Made by a program: the position numbers and the translations under genes. Under the pieces are notes generated by a model. The model was not told where the DNA came from. It made no database searches and saw only the letters and a list, made by a program, of their open reading frames with translations. Source: Guillardia theta CCMP2712 (taxonomy: Eukaryota; Protista; Cryptophyta). From it: DNA of 64,000 nt. Shown here one piece after another: positions 22,455-35,200 of the stretch. Each line of letters begins with the position of its first letter. Within the stretch, counting starts at the first letter, position 1. Where the stretch lies: positions 2,402 to 66,401 of the forward strand of contig NW_005434614.1 in assembly GCF_000315625.1 (NCBI RefSeq), read 5' to 3'.

Positions 22455-22726
22455 ATGCCCCCCCGTTGAGATAATCAGCAGTCACCCGTTGCTCCTTCTC
22501 CTTCTGCTGCTGCTGCTGCTCCTCCTCCTCCTCCTCCTCCTGCTCCTCCTGCTCCTCCTGCTCCTCCTGCTCCTCCTGCTCCTCCTCCTCCTCCTGCTCC
22601 TCCTCCTCCTGCTGCTGCTTCTCCTCCTGCTACTGCTTCTCCTCCTTCTCCTCCTGCTACTGCTTCTCCTCCTCCTGCTCCTGCTCCTGCTGCTTCTCCT
22701 GCTGCTTCTGCTGCTCTGCTGCTCTG

Positions 22727-22808
<82 letters not shown>

Positions 22809-23198
22809 CTCCTGCTGCTGCTTCTCCTGCTGCTGCTGCTGCTGCTGCTGCTTCTGAGCTGGTGAGGTTCTCGAGTCCTGCATTGCGCCGAGTCCTGCGG
22901 CTTTAGACTACTCCTATCCCTGTCCCTGGTCTTTCTTCTCATACTGTTACTGAGTCTTCACCCCTTGCTCACTGAGTCAGATAGTGATATTCTTGCATCA
23001 CAGCAACTGAACTTGGAGATTGAAGGTCGTCAGGTTCCATTCTGTCGGGCTCACCTGGCGCGAACGAGACGACTTCATGTCCAGGTCGTTCGACTNNNNN
23101 NNNNNNNNNNNNNNNNNNNNNNNNNNNNNNNNNNNNNNNNNNNNNNNNNNNNNNNNNNNNNNNNNNNNNNNNNNNNNNNNNNNNNNNNNNNNNNNCGA

Positions 23199-23293
<95 letters not shown>

Positions 23294-24769
23294 CAGTAGC
23301 AGCAGAAATTGTTTCATGTCTTTCTTTTGTGGCTGTGCATGTTGGGATATTGAACAAACGAGGAAATAATCGAAGACGAATCTTGTACCTTATTGACAGA
23401 ACGTCTTTCTGAAAAGTTGAGATCAGGATTGGCTCTTCAGGATGTCCGGGAAAGGTTTGGAGACATGGTGGCGTTTCAGACTTTCTACAGATCACAGCTC
23501 TGCGACGACTTTCTTTGCGCTGTAACACATTTGTAACAACTAATCTCGCGCAAACCTGATCGCCGTCACTCAGGCGTTAGATTATTTTGCTGCGCTTCTC
23601 AAGACTCTGGAACGGAAAGACATCAGAGAGAGGAGTGATGATGAATCTTTTGTTGTCACAACAGGTTGGTAGAGACGATGTCTAGTTGCGATCAGCACGA
23701 CTTAACTAGATCGCAGAGGAAGAAAAGGCATCCAGCATACTTGATCAGACAATGAGAGAAGTTTCGACGTAAGGAAGAAGGAAACATATTTCTTTGTTTG
23801 TAATCTATCACCCAGATATTACTGTTTCATCATAATGCATTACAGCAAGTCGCAAGCTGCGCAACAAGACCGAAAATTCTTCGAGACCCTCTACGCCTTC
23901 GTTTCCAACATTGTTTGCGCTGCCTTCCCCTTTCAACACAGGTCTTCATCTTCTCTTGCATGTCAGAGCCACTCTGAAGAGAGACCTTTCAACAGCTCGA
24001 CGATCGAAGATGAACTTGGAAGAATATTTCGAACTGAGACCTTCAATCTAACGCGTCGCAAGAACGATGCGAATCATCCAACGAAGCAGTTCTACACAGC
24101 GAAAGAACTCTTCGTCTTGAAGAATTCAGGTGAGTTTCTTCTTGTGTGTCCAAGTTGTCTCGAGGAGCAGAGGAGTGAGGGGCAACGGCAGGTGCAGGCC
24201 TTTCAGGGAAGAAGCTAACCAATTCCTTGCATGCTCGTAGACAGATCAACGCCTCGGTGTGTTGCGCTTTTCATGCTGTTGTGATATCGATTGTGCTCAT
24301 GCTGATTCAAGGTCAACGTTGCAATGAAGCAAAGGAGTGCTCTTACGGCAAAACTGCTACCTACCACCCACTCGATTCTGGAGCAGATGAACCAAAGTCG
24401 AGATGTGATCATATCATTGTTGCCTCTATGTGCAGATCTGATAATATCGGCAGAGCATTGCGAGATCCCGCAGCTCTGAAAATTTGTCAAGAAACGAATC
24501 TCGACAGGTGCTGCAATGACAGGATTTATTTTTGTTGTCATGATGATTATTTTGCAAAGAGCTCAAAACTCAGGATGAGAAAGGCCTATCCCCAAAGAGA
24601 CAGAGAGAATCAAACAAGATCGGCGACACCTTCCAGGTTACGTTATGATGATGTTATGGTGGCGATGGCCCTTACCTTTCAGTTGGACAGATTTTTCAAG
24701 CAAACCCCAGATGTTCCTGATATTCTCGTTTCCAAACTTGGAAGATCATTGAGTTTCGAATATGACTAA
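22455..24769 (+). CDS. PPP1R36-like (PPPI_inhib family) protein; boundaries approximate
   Basis: QQDRKFFETLYAFVSNIV ... IEDELGRIFRTETFNLTRR ... RRQINA matches my recollection of the PPP1R36 core (D.KFFES.Y.F ... IEEEVGRLFRT..FN..RR). Not verified by search. Confidence 0.6.
22490..22855. repeat. Compound (CTC/CTG)n microsatellite
   Basis: Long CTC and CTG runs. A (CAG)n tract at 23200-23305 lies beyond the gap. Confidence 0.95.
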
Positions 24770-25215
24770 AAGCCTGGAACCCGACTGAAATATGACCGGA
24801 ATAAAAACACTTTTCTTTTTTCTTTGAGATACTTCAGTGAAGTCATTGATGAAGCTTTGGTGTTTGTGTTGTTTCACATGAAGATATTCAATAACTTTCT
24901 TTCACAAACGACAATGAAGATGAAGGGTGATCGCTGTACCCCATGCTCATTACAGTCCTGCTTGTTCAGTTAGATTTTCTCTTGCCAGGGGTCATAACAA
25001 TGTTTTTCGAAGGTTGTAGAGTTTGTGCGAACAAATGTCTTGTGGAGAGGACGAAGGGAAGACAGAAGAAACTAGTGTGCCTTTGTGAATCATGGTCGTA
25101 AATCATCTTCGCAATGAACTACATCCAACCTTGTGCATTTTGTTTATCAACTCGACGAAAAAACGATCTGTTTGCAATTGTATTGCAAGGCAAGTTGAAA
25201 CATTTGCATGCGCTT

Positions 25216-26855
25216 CTATGACGCGTTCACTATGTCTGCAACGAACTTTGCCATGTCCCTGTTGTCAAGTCAAAACAACCCCGGACATCTCATACGAACT
25301 TTCAGACCTCTGCTCTTGCTGGCATGTAGAATGCGGCAAGTCGTCATAAGATTTCGCAACTACCTTGAGCCCATGCTCCTGCAGCGCTTTCACCTGACAA
25401 CAGCAAGTCACCACATAGGTACGGAGAGAATCGATCCAGGGGGACGAGGAGAGGAGTGTACGAGCACAAGGGAATGGACGGTGTCGGGGGTCAGAGGAGA
25501 GGATGATGGAGGTAGAAGGTTGAGCAAAACAAAATAGATGAAAGAGGAAGGAGATCAGCAAGATGAAGGACAGGAGGAGGAGGTAGGTGGAGGTAAAGAG
25601 AGGGAGAGGAAGAGTCTGACTGGACTCACTCCAATCTCCTGATTCGAGAAGTGGACTGTCATATCGTCTGCTCCGTGCCCCCAGAAGATCGGAGTCTCTT
25701 TGTTCGCCTCCTGGGTCCAGCTCCTAAAGCGAGCATCACAAACGAAAGACAGCTATCGCAGGCATGCTCACGAAAGCCCATTGCGCTCCATCAGCCAACC
25801 GCTGAAACAGATCGCACCTCCCAGGCGCTTCGGGTACCTTCGGGTGCCTGATGTGACGATGAACCACACAAAGCATCCACAGACCTCAAGACAGACTGGA
25901 TCGACAACGCCTGTTGACAAGAAAGCAACCCGGTCAGGATGGGGGAGTTTGATGGGTGTATTGTCTCACCCCTCCTTGTGAGAACCCTCCAATTATGATG
26001 TTCTTGGAATCAAAACCAGCTTTCTCCAGATCTCCGATCATGTTGTGTATGATCCCCACAGAGGACTGATGCCGCTATGAGTTCGCCTTCTTCCCTTTGC
26101 CAGACCTTCACCTTAATGTCATCGGGGTAATCTTTGGCGTCCGGCATGACAGGAATTTCCTTCGTTCGACGTCAGACGCAATCACGGAGAAACGAGCGGG
26201 GCAGAGCAAGGATGTGAAACAGGATGGATGTATCCTCTCTTCAAAATCCTATGTGAAGGAATGAAACGGGGAGGAGAAGCAGAGAAGAAGAGGTGAGGTG
26301 AAAACTTCAGTTTTCGTACCTCAATGTCGAACCAAGATGTCATTCGGTAACCACCATTGCACGTGACAGGCGCAATCTATGAACACCTCAGCATGGAAGA
26401 GATGGTTCAAGATGGCGGATCTTTGTTACCGGGGCATCGGGGAAGCGCCACTCGATGGGAGCTCCGATGTTCACCTCTCCCTGAAAACCAGCGATCTCGT
26501 CAATTGGGTTGGACCGGATTGAACCATTGACAAACAGATCTTAGCATCAGAGCCGCAGGAGACAACCGAGGTCAACACATAACACTTCGGGTCGAGCTAC
26601 AGGTCACACATCGTGTGACTCTGACTCCGACGACGAGTTGTGGGAGGAGGTTGGGGAACAGGGATCGGCGAAGCAGGCACCTGCTGTCCGTTGTGGTGTC
26701 CCAGGTACGAGCAGGAGATCAACGATCAGCATCAACAAGGAGCAGAGCATCATGCGATACAACAATCAACCATCACGCCTCACCCTCAAATTGCTCCAGC
26801 TGCTTCCACGATCACCAAGGCCATGGAGCCAGATCACGGCAATTCGTGCCGCCAT
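25216..26855 (-). CDS. Acyl-protein thioesterase / phospholipase-carboxylesterase (LYPLA/APT-like)
   Basis: Spliced: MAARIAVIWLHGLGDRGSSW, FPDAP, PVTCNGGYRMTSWFDI, IIIGGFSQGG (GxSxG nucleophile), KSYDDLPHS (catalytic His). Stop at 25216-25218. Confidence 0.92.
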
Positions 26856-26859
26856 GGCG

Positions 26860-28660
26860 GTGAAAACCTGGGTGAAATCCAATAGCTCATTGGGTTTTGC
26901 TAATCCTTTTTAAAGAAGGACTAAACCCATTAAGCTAAAGAAGGCCCTGATCGGCCGGGAGGGCCCGATAAAATTCCCGGGTCCGGTCATAAAGCCCCCG
27001 GCCGGCGTACTGACTGACTGAATTTGTGCGACAAAGTGAGGCCATGGCCGGTGCGACTGCTCAAGGAACTTTAAAGGGGTGGGGTTATCACCATCACACC
27101 CCTGTTAAACTCACATCGATCGCTAGATTGGGCAGGTAGGGTTGCTAACATAAGGGGTTGTGATAGTGTTGGGGTGGTGAGGGATGCTAGGATGAAGGGG
27201 TGTGTGGGGGGGGTGTATACCAGCCCCGGGAAGGGATGTAGTGGGTCAAGGCACGTGCCTTGGCAGGCGGGTATGGTACTGGCATTTTAGGGTGGGGGTG
27301 AAGTGTGGGTGGGGTTCATGGGTAGTGGTACGTGCAGTTGGCAAGTAAAGCTGATACCCTTTATTCATCATAAATTGATTTAGAGATTCGTGCATGTGTA
27401 GGGGTCACCAAATAGAGGACAGAGTTGGGTTGGATTAGAAGGGTTGCAGGGTTGGGTAGTGGTGGGTGGGGGGCAACCGTCAACTGAATTCAAGGGGCAG
27501 CAAGCCGGGGGAAGGGCGAGGGGTGGTATCTCATAAAGATTTGTACCAATACGAAGGGTCTGAAGAATTCTTCGATCTCATGGGTGGGTAGTAAAATGTA
27601 CCGGTTAGATAAAGTCTAAATCATGGATTAAATCACGGGTAGTTTGATTTGAGAGGAGGTAGGGGTGGGCCCAGGGCAAGTCCATTGACGTAAAGTTGAC
27701 TGAAAAGGAAAAAAAGCCGAGGAGGGTGTAGCAAGTTACAGAGGGGTGGGGTAACCTTCTCAACTATCAATTAGTAGGGAAGGGTGGGTAGGGCTATCTT
27801 CGCAAATGAGGATTGAAGGGGTACTTCATCCTCAGAAGTGGATGGTGGTAACCCTGAATGCGAGATCATAGCATCTACCTCTTGAATGATTGGTTCCACA
27901 ATTAAGAAAAGTGCCAGGAATGTACCAGTTGGACAACAGGGTATTGGCTATAGCTCAGCTTTGAAGAGCACCCCCCGGGGGGTCAAAAGAGTTGGGGTGG
28001 TGTCTTGGCAAGCGAACTCCGGGAGAGCTGAACATAAGGGGTGGGGTCCTATTCATGGAGGGTAGGTCGTATCGTAGTCTCTACCAAGTTCCTCGGACCC
28101 AAACAAGGATATCCAGGTGCTACCCTTTACCCATCATTTTGTGCTAAAATGTTGGGGTAGGACCTTTGTCGATACCGATTAGGGTGAGGCGTAAGGATAT
28201 GGCGGGGGTCAGAGAATGATGAAAGCGGGCCCTGTAGGGTGGGTGGGAATCTCGGAGGACTAGGTGGGGTAGTAGTCATAGATTGGGTTTGTGGAGGCCG
28301 TTTGGCATTTCGGGGTGAGGTCCGGGAATCTAAAAGGGTGGGTGAGTGGGTGAGGGTGGGACAAAGTAATAGAGGTGGGGTCAGGTATGTCTGATGGAAA
28401 TTCCCTACAAAAAGACGAGCAAGTGGGGTAGGTTAACATCTCAATTGTAGGGTGGGGTATACAATGTAGGATCGGTGGGTGGGTCCGTGAAGTAAATTGC
28501 GGGGGTAGTGGTGGGGCACTCAATGAAAGCGGGATATTCGGAGGTAGGGGTAGTGAGGAAACAGGGGTCAAGGGGTCAGGAGATCGGGGGACAGGGGGTG
28601 GTACTGGAGGGGGTGGTGTAGTGTTGGGAACGTGCAGCGACGACACGCGTCCTCGAGTTC
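26860..28660. promoter_or_regulatory. Long divergent intergenic region densely packed with GGGGTA/GGGTGGG motifs, small GC island at 26945-27055
   Basis: Dozens of G3-G5 runs followed by T(A/G) on the plus strand, no ORF, between ATG 26855 (-) and ATG 28664 (+). Confidence 0.6.
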
Positions 28661-28663
28661 AGA

Positions 28664-29947
28664 ATGCAGAAGGAGCAGAGAGCTTTGACCGTTCCCTCCA
28701 CCCAAGAGAGGGTCATCGCCATCGCCAAGGATTGGCTTGCTGGTGGTACTGCAGCTGGTATCTCGAAGACCGTCGTTGCTCCCATCGGTGAGTTGTATGA
28801 TTTTTTCGTGGTTGATGGATGAGGACCGGGGGAGGGGGGGGCGGGGGGTGCAAGAAGAGTACTGAGGATAGGTTGAGTGGCAGTCTGTCGGGTATAGGTG
28901 ATAGTAGGGTGAGATGATCTATTTAATGTAGTGCTAATGATCCTTGCAAATATTTTGCCGATAGACCTGGAACATTCACAGATGCTTTAGATTCTTTGCT
29001 GTTTCGCTACAACGAACTGAGAAAGCAATTCTGCTCGATTGGTTAACTTTGGTTTATTGATTGCAATATGCAGAGCGTGTCAAGCTCCTCATCCAGACTC
29101 AGGATGCCAACCCCAAGATTGCGAGTGGAGAGGTCCCTCGCTACACTGGCATCGTGAACTGCTTTGTGCGCGTCTCGAACGAGCAGGGTGTCAACTCCCT
29201 CTGGCGTGGAAACCTTGCCAACGTTATCCGTTATTTCCCCACCCAGGCCTTCAACTTTGCATTCAAGGATTTCTTCAAGTCAATCTTCCCCAAGTACAAT
29301 CAGAAGACTCAGTTTTGGCCCTGGTTCGGAGTTAACATGGCTTCTGGTGGTCTTGCCGGAGCTGCCTCCCTCCTCATTGTTTATCCTCTTGATTTTGCTC
29401 GTACCCGTCTTGGTGCTGACGTTGGCAAGGGTGCTAACCGTGAGTTCAACGGCCTCGTTGACTGTGTTATGAAGACCGCCAACCGTGGAGGTGTGATGTC
29501 ACTCTACCAGGGATTCGGAATCTCCGTTGCTGGAATCATCGTGTATCGTGGTGCCTACTTCGGTTTCTATGACAGCGCTGTTGGTGTATTCAAGCCCAAC
29601 AACGTTCTCATGAAGTTCCTCATCGCTCAAGCTGTTGTTGCCTCCTCTGGCATTGCTTCCTACCCCTTCGATACTGTTCGCCGTCGTCTCATGATGCAGT
29701 CTGGCGCCAAGGAGAGGCTTTACAACGGAACTATTGATTGCTTTGTCAAGATCTTCCAGAAGGAGGTGAGAAGCATGAATGAAGAAGTTTCGGTTCTAAC
29801 TGTAAATGGCAGGGTTTTAACGCCTTCTTCAAGGGAGCCGGAGCTAACGTTTTGCGTGGCATGGGTGGTGCTTTGGTGTTGGTTGGTTATGACAAGATCA
29901 AGGAGTTTATCAACCCGGATGCCAAGGGAGGCTCGTCCAGCGAGTAA
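28664..29947 (+). CDS. AAC: Mitochondrial ADP/ATP carrier; exons 28664-28787, 29074-29765, 29813-29947
   Basis: [15 protein letters not shown]|[68 protein letters not shown]. Canonical GT-AG introns. Confidence 0.98.
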
Positions 29948-30072
29948 GCTGATATCTGCAAATAACTTTTGTTTGTGAGTATGCAAAGCTTGGCAAACAG
30001 TTCGAAACGTTCTTGACATAATTTCTTGCATTAATCATTACAGTTTTTTTATTGGTTTGAACTTCAGATCAT

Positions 30073-31097
30073 TTATTCGCCCTCTATCTTGATGTATTTG
30101 ATGGATGACTTTCTCCTTACCATTGCTTTTCTTGACATGAAAATCTGCAACATGTCCTTTAGCGAGTCTACCGCGTAAAACAACACGGATGTTACATGTT
30201 TAGCATCGGCAAGTGAAAGTTTGTCGTTCTGGCCGGTTGATCTCTCCTGACTGTTTTGTGTATCCACGCTGTCGTTTCGCGTTCTGATATTATGTTGAGA
30301 ACTCAACTTCTTTCCTCCTGATACCGAAATCTCCTGCAGAATCTCGAAACGATTACAAAAACTTTGCAACCTCAATCACAGATACCCTTCCACGCTCGGA
30401 GCGAGCATTCCATGCAGATCCAATCACATTCAAACCGTGAAGAGTCATCTTGTTCTGTTTTAGTCGCATCAGAAAGGACCGAGTTGCATTTTCAGGTACA
30501 TGGCTGTAATCAAATGTTCGAAGTGTGGAGTTTTGAAGTAGGCTTTCGGCAAGTAGCTGAGCAACTTCATCTGTTATGCCACAGTTGTGTATGGTGAGAA
30601 ACTTCAATCTTGTGTTCACTGCGAGAGCTTCTGCAATTTCTGGGAACAGGCTTGAGGCACCAAAGATCAGTTATCCCACAGCAGAATGTACCATCGTCAC
30701 CTCTCCATGTTTGCAAGGTTCCATGCAACAGCATCCTCGACCTTGTCATCTTTGATTGCCTGCAGAAAGTCCTCCGGCGTCTCGAACCATGGCATTGCCT
30801 CAAGCTCGCAATCGTTTAGCCGGGGGCCTCGTTTTAGTCTACTTGAGTCTCTACCTCTGTTGATCCGCGTAATCCTAAATTAGGGTCTCTTCCCTGTCGT
30901 CATACGAGTCTGTTTCCTGTGGGTGCTGCGACTTTAGCGCTCTATCCTCTCCCTCCTCCCTCCTCCCTACTTCCTCCTTCCAGCCTCCGCCCTCCTGCTC
31001 TTTGATAAACGGAAGAAACAAAAAACAAAAAAGAATATTGTAAAATGTTTGAAACGGTCTATAACGCTTTGATCTCGCCAACAGCCATATTCGCCAT
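30073..31097 (-). CDS. Leucine-rich-repeat (RNI-like) protein, multi-exon
   Basis: NTRLKFLTIHNCGITDEVAQLLAESLLQNSTLRTFD is a typical RNI-like LRR. Flanking exons have GT-AG sites. Start approximate. Confidence 0.65.
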
Positions 31098-31420
31098 GGC
31101 TAAAATTGTTACTGGAGGGGTAGCGGGAGCGCGAGTTTCGATGTCGGTGGACGGGGTAGGAGGAGAGGAGGAGGCATGGTGAGAGCAGCAAGATGTAGTA
31201 GAAGATCGCAGCCGTCCTGTTGGTTGAGGTTCAGGCTGGTGCGAATGATGCTGGGGTGGTTTTGTTGGTGTCCCAGAGCAGTCAGAGTTGACCGGGGGAG
31301 GGGACAGAAGGAGCAAGGTGATGCTGTACTGGAAGCTAGCATTCGAACTGATAGAAGGGGAGGCTTGCATGGGCTGTTTCATCCTACATCAGCTGTCTCA
31401 TGACTTGTGTCTTCCAGGAC

Positions 31421-31958
31421 ATGCAAGCGAGGACTTGCTTGTGGCTTGTCGTCTCGCTCCTTCTCTGCCGTCAGGCAGCAGCAGCGAGTTTTGACCCCAA
31501 CTCTCCTCCGACATCGGACGAGGTGATATCTAGCTGCTGCTCTTCTCCTTGGCTCAGCTGTTTACGTCTGCTCACCTTCTCCGTGCGTACAGATCTACCT
31601 CGACATGCCATGGGGAGGTTCGCCGGTCGTGTCCTCCGAGGTAGGGGCGGAGCCGCAGGCCATGGATGATCCTGAAACCATGGAGTACACTGCCGGCACG
31701 TGCAGAGACCCCCAGGTCTCTCCCACCACCTGCTCACCGGACTGCATGTCGGCATGCCGATCGCCCCTATGCTCGTTGAACTGCCTCTGCGCTTGCAAGA
31801 ACGCGGAGCATCGAGCGATGGTGATCGCGTTGCTGAAGGAGAGGATCGTGAGCTCGCCCATGCTGGCGCAAGAGTTTGTGCGGATAGAGGAGGGTGGCAG
31901 GCATGCTCTTGTGGCTCAAGATCGACTGCGCGCAGACTTGGAGCAGACGAACGAATGA
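31421..31958 (+). CDS. Small secreted Cys-rich protein (one intron ~31523-31593)
   Basis: Signal peptide MQARTCLWLVVSLLLCRQAAA, then C..TTCSPDCMSACRSPLCSLNCLCAC. Confidence 0.65.
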
Positions 31959-32247
31959 AGGCGAGCGGACGAGACTGTTCCTAACGCCAAGAGAAGCGAG
32001 GAGGAGCAGTGAAGTGCGAGTCAATGTTTGAATCTTGTTGCTTGCACGGTGGACGGCGAGGGAAGGAGGAGGAGCAGAGAACAACGTGATGACGGCTTGT
32101 GTGGATGAGAGTAATCAGTTGCACTCTTGGATCAGAACAATCCCAGGCGATTGCAGCAAGTATTTGTTCCATAATGTTTTTCATTTGTTGTGAGATTGAA
32201 GAAACGAGCTAAACTGAGCTTCTTGCAACTTTTGCCTGTGAGTGCGT

Positions 32248-35200
32248 CTAGGTGTAAATTTTCGTCCACGTCTCGGTGTGGGGTGACGAATGGACTCTGT
32301 TTGTTTGTATCTGCGACCTCGTCAGGACTAGAGTGTGAACCTGAGGCGTCAAGCATGTCAGATCTCAGCAACATGAGACGACTCGCAAACCTCCTCCTCC
32401 ACGCTGCCTCCCCTAACAACCTTCTGAGCAATCTCAAGGGACACCTGAAGGACGCGGTGAGGGGGAGGCTGACAGCTCACTGCTCCTCACCTCCGTTCCT
32501 TCCTCACCCTTGACAAGCTCCAGGACCTGAAGGAGCGTGAGACGCGCGTGCCAGCCGCCACATCCTCCTACCTCAGCGAGCGACATGTCGTCCACGACTT
32601 GCTCGTTCACTTTGAGCAGGCGGTCCATGACCCGAATCCTCCCGTCCCCCTCCACGGATCCTCCGCTGTGAATCTTCTTGACGAACACCTTGCCAGTCGC
32701 CTCGTGCTTCTCCAGCAGCATGCCGACTCCAGCAGTCTTCCTTCCCCCCATGGCGCTGGCTGATTCTCGATCGCGACTCGACGGCGCATGCGCGGGCTGA
32801 TCGGCGTGCGGCGTTTGAGCCGGCTTCTTGTCGCCTTCTCTTGTCGCTCCATCGACGTTTCTCTCCCCATCCTGTTGCGCGTCAACTCTTGCGATTGAGG
32901 GAGCAGCGAAGGCGTGCAACATCACCTGCAGAGGAGCTGGAGTACCAGGAAGGGCAGGAACAGCGGGAGAGACAAGGGGAGGAGCAGCAGAAGGAGCAGC
33001 AGAAGGAGCAGGGGAAGGGGCAACAGCAGCAGGCGGAGGAGGAGCAGCAGGAAGGGAGGGGCCCGAGGCAGGAGACGTATGAGGAGCTTCCTCGTTCTTA
33101 GTTTTGAACTCCCTCAACTCCTTCAGTTCGTGAATGAGCACAGCCTGGTGAACATGAGGAGGAGCAAAGCGAGGGCTACAGCGTTACCCTGTGCTGGTAA
33201 GTCTCTTCCAGCTCAGCTCTGTGGCAAGCCCGTCAGTGCTGCTGCTGCTCGCCTGCTGCCGGCTCACCTGAGGCCCTGGTTCTCTTTCTCTCGAGCATCG
33301 AGCTCGAGGCTGAAGTACTTCTCCGCGTCCTGAAGGTCCTTGAGGTCTGTGCTCGTCATCCTCGGCTGCAGCTGGTCGCTCACTATCGGAGGTCAAGGAG
33401 GGGGAAGCCTACCGGCCCGTCCAGCGCGTCAAGGAGACTCTCGAGCTCACCGTCTCCTGCTCCCTTGCCGAATCGCAGCAGACGCAACACCTGATTGTGG
33501 GAGTGAGAAGAGGAAACGACGACGATGCCTCTCATGCTACAGTTGTACCTCCTCTGTTCTCGATCGTGGGTATTCCGCGATTGACTTCAAAATCTCGATG
33601 AGACGCTCTTTTCCTGTAAGAATTCTTAGCTCTGAATCCTTCATGTTGGTCATACAGCCTTCGTCTCACCGAGACCATTTGCGAGCAGCTGATTGACGTT
33701 GTGCGCAATCTCTTTATCAAGGAGAGCTTCATCATGTTCGGTGTGTGTAGTCTTCTTCTGTTGGCTGACTAAAGATCCTTGCGAATTCGCTTGTAATGTC
33801 ATCTCATCGTTTTCGAACCTTGAGACACCAGGTCAGTCGGGCTTGAAGGAGTTGTTCAAGCAAGGCGGGGTACAACCTCTCAAGCTTCGCTGGCTTCATT
33901 CGCTTGATGAGTTCCTCATGACAATGAAACAACTTCAACTGCATTGGATCGCATTCAGCACTTTCAAAGTCGACCTGCGCTTCAGAAACACACCTGAAGG
34001 TTTGTGAGCCTTGCGGAGAGCAACTGTTCGTTGATGACTCGAAGTCTCTCGATGTTGATGGCTTGATTCAACAGCAGCCTGAGCGAGTACTCTAGATCCA
34101 CACTGTCGACACCATCTGCCGGCCTGTCACTCCCTTTCGGCAAGGAGCAGCTCTCACCGAAGATGAGCTGCGAATGGTCTCGCGCCAAGAGGAAGAAATC
34201 CTCCATCTCACTTGCAGCGCTTGCGTTCGTCCTCCGTACCTAGAGGCACAGGATCAGGAGCACCTTGGAGACACTTGCTTCAGGCGGCACCTCCACGTCT
34301 CTGATCTCTCCGCTCCTGGAGCTCTGCACTGTCAACCTGCACTTGGACCCCACCCGGCCATCTCCGTACATGCGCTCGATCAGCTCGTCTTCTCCCATGG
34401 ACTTCACTGAAGCATCTTCCACTGGCGTTCCACTCTCTCAGACGAGCACATCGCAACAGGGACACTACGAGCCTTACCCGCATGTATCAGATCTCCAACC
34501 TGCAGCCCGTGGCACAGGTCGGCCACACTCCCAGGAACAACTGAAGTGACAGTGCAGGATCGAATGGTCCCATCGCCGGCTTTCTCGACTCCTGTCCCAT
34601 GTGAATCAAACTGATTGGTCGTCAGTGAAGAGATGGGTCACCTATACGGAATGCCAGAGTGGTTTCCGTCATGAAAGACCGGCTGATCAGATCCAATGGT
34701 TTCTCATGCACGTCACAGATACTGTTCCTGATATCCTGGAGGCTCCCAGATTCAAAGAAGAAATCAAGAGACTTCACACTGACCTGTAGGATGGCCAAGG
34801 CAGAGCGATCAAGAGCAATATCTGAGTTGCTTCTATCTGCGAACTCATAGAGACACTTTTGTTCTTCGTGCGTTTCAACTTCGATGTTCCGCTTGATGAC
34901 AACATCATAGCACGACTTGTCTGGCCTCTGGAATACTAACTTCACCAAACTGTCCTTGATGCCAGTGAGCAGCTTCTTTACAATCTCTGGCTTTGCCTGA
35001 TATCATCATCACAATCAATACCTGTTTCCTTCACAAGAAAGTGAGATACCAGCTCAACAGGGAACTCGTCGATTCCTAGCAGGATGTCTCCGACCGTGAA
35101 CGCTGCCCTCCTGCTTCTGTTCGATGCATCTCTCGCATCAACAACATCCTGTCCTCGTGACAGTCATCGTTTGAACCAGCGCTCGTCAGATACTCTACCT

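Noticed and set aside
22475-22942. Poly-L/Q/S/C ORFs here and at 16787-17017, 19173-19768, 48127-48451, 50608-51185
   Set aside because: Stop-free frames produced by trinucleotide microsatellites and N-gaps.
29680-29700. RRRLMM instead of canonical RRRMMM in the ADP/ATP carrier
   Set aside because: Conservative single change with all other motifs intact. Not evidence of a novel function.
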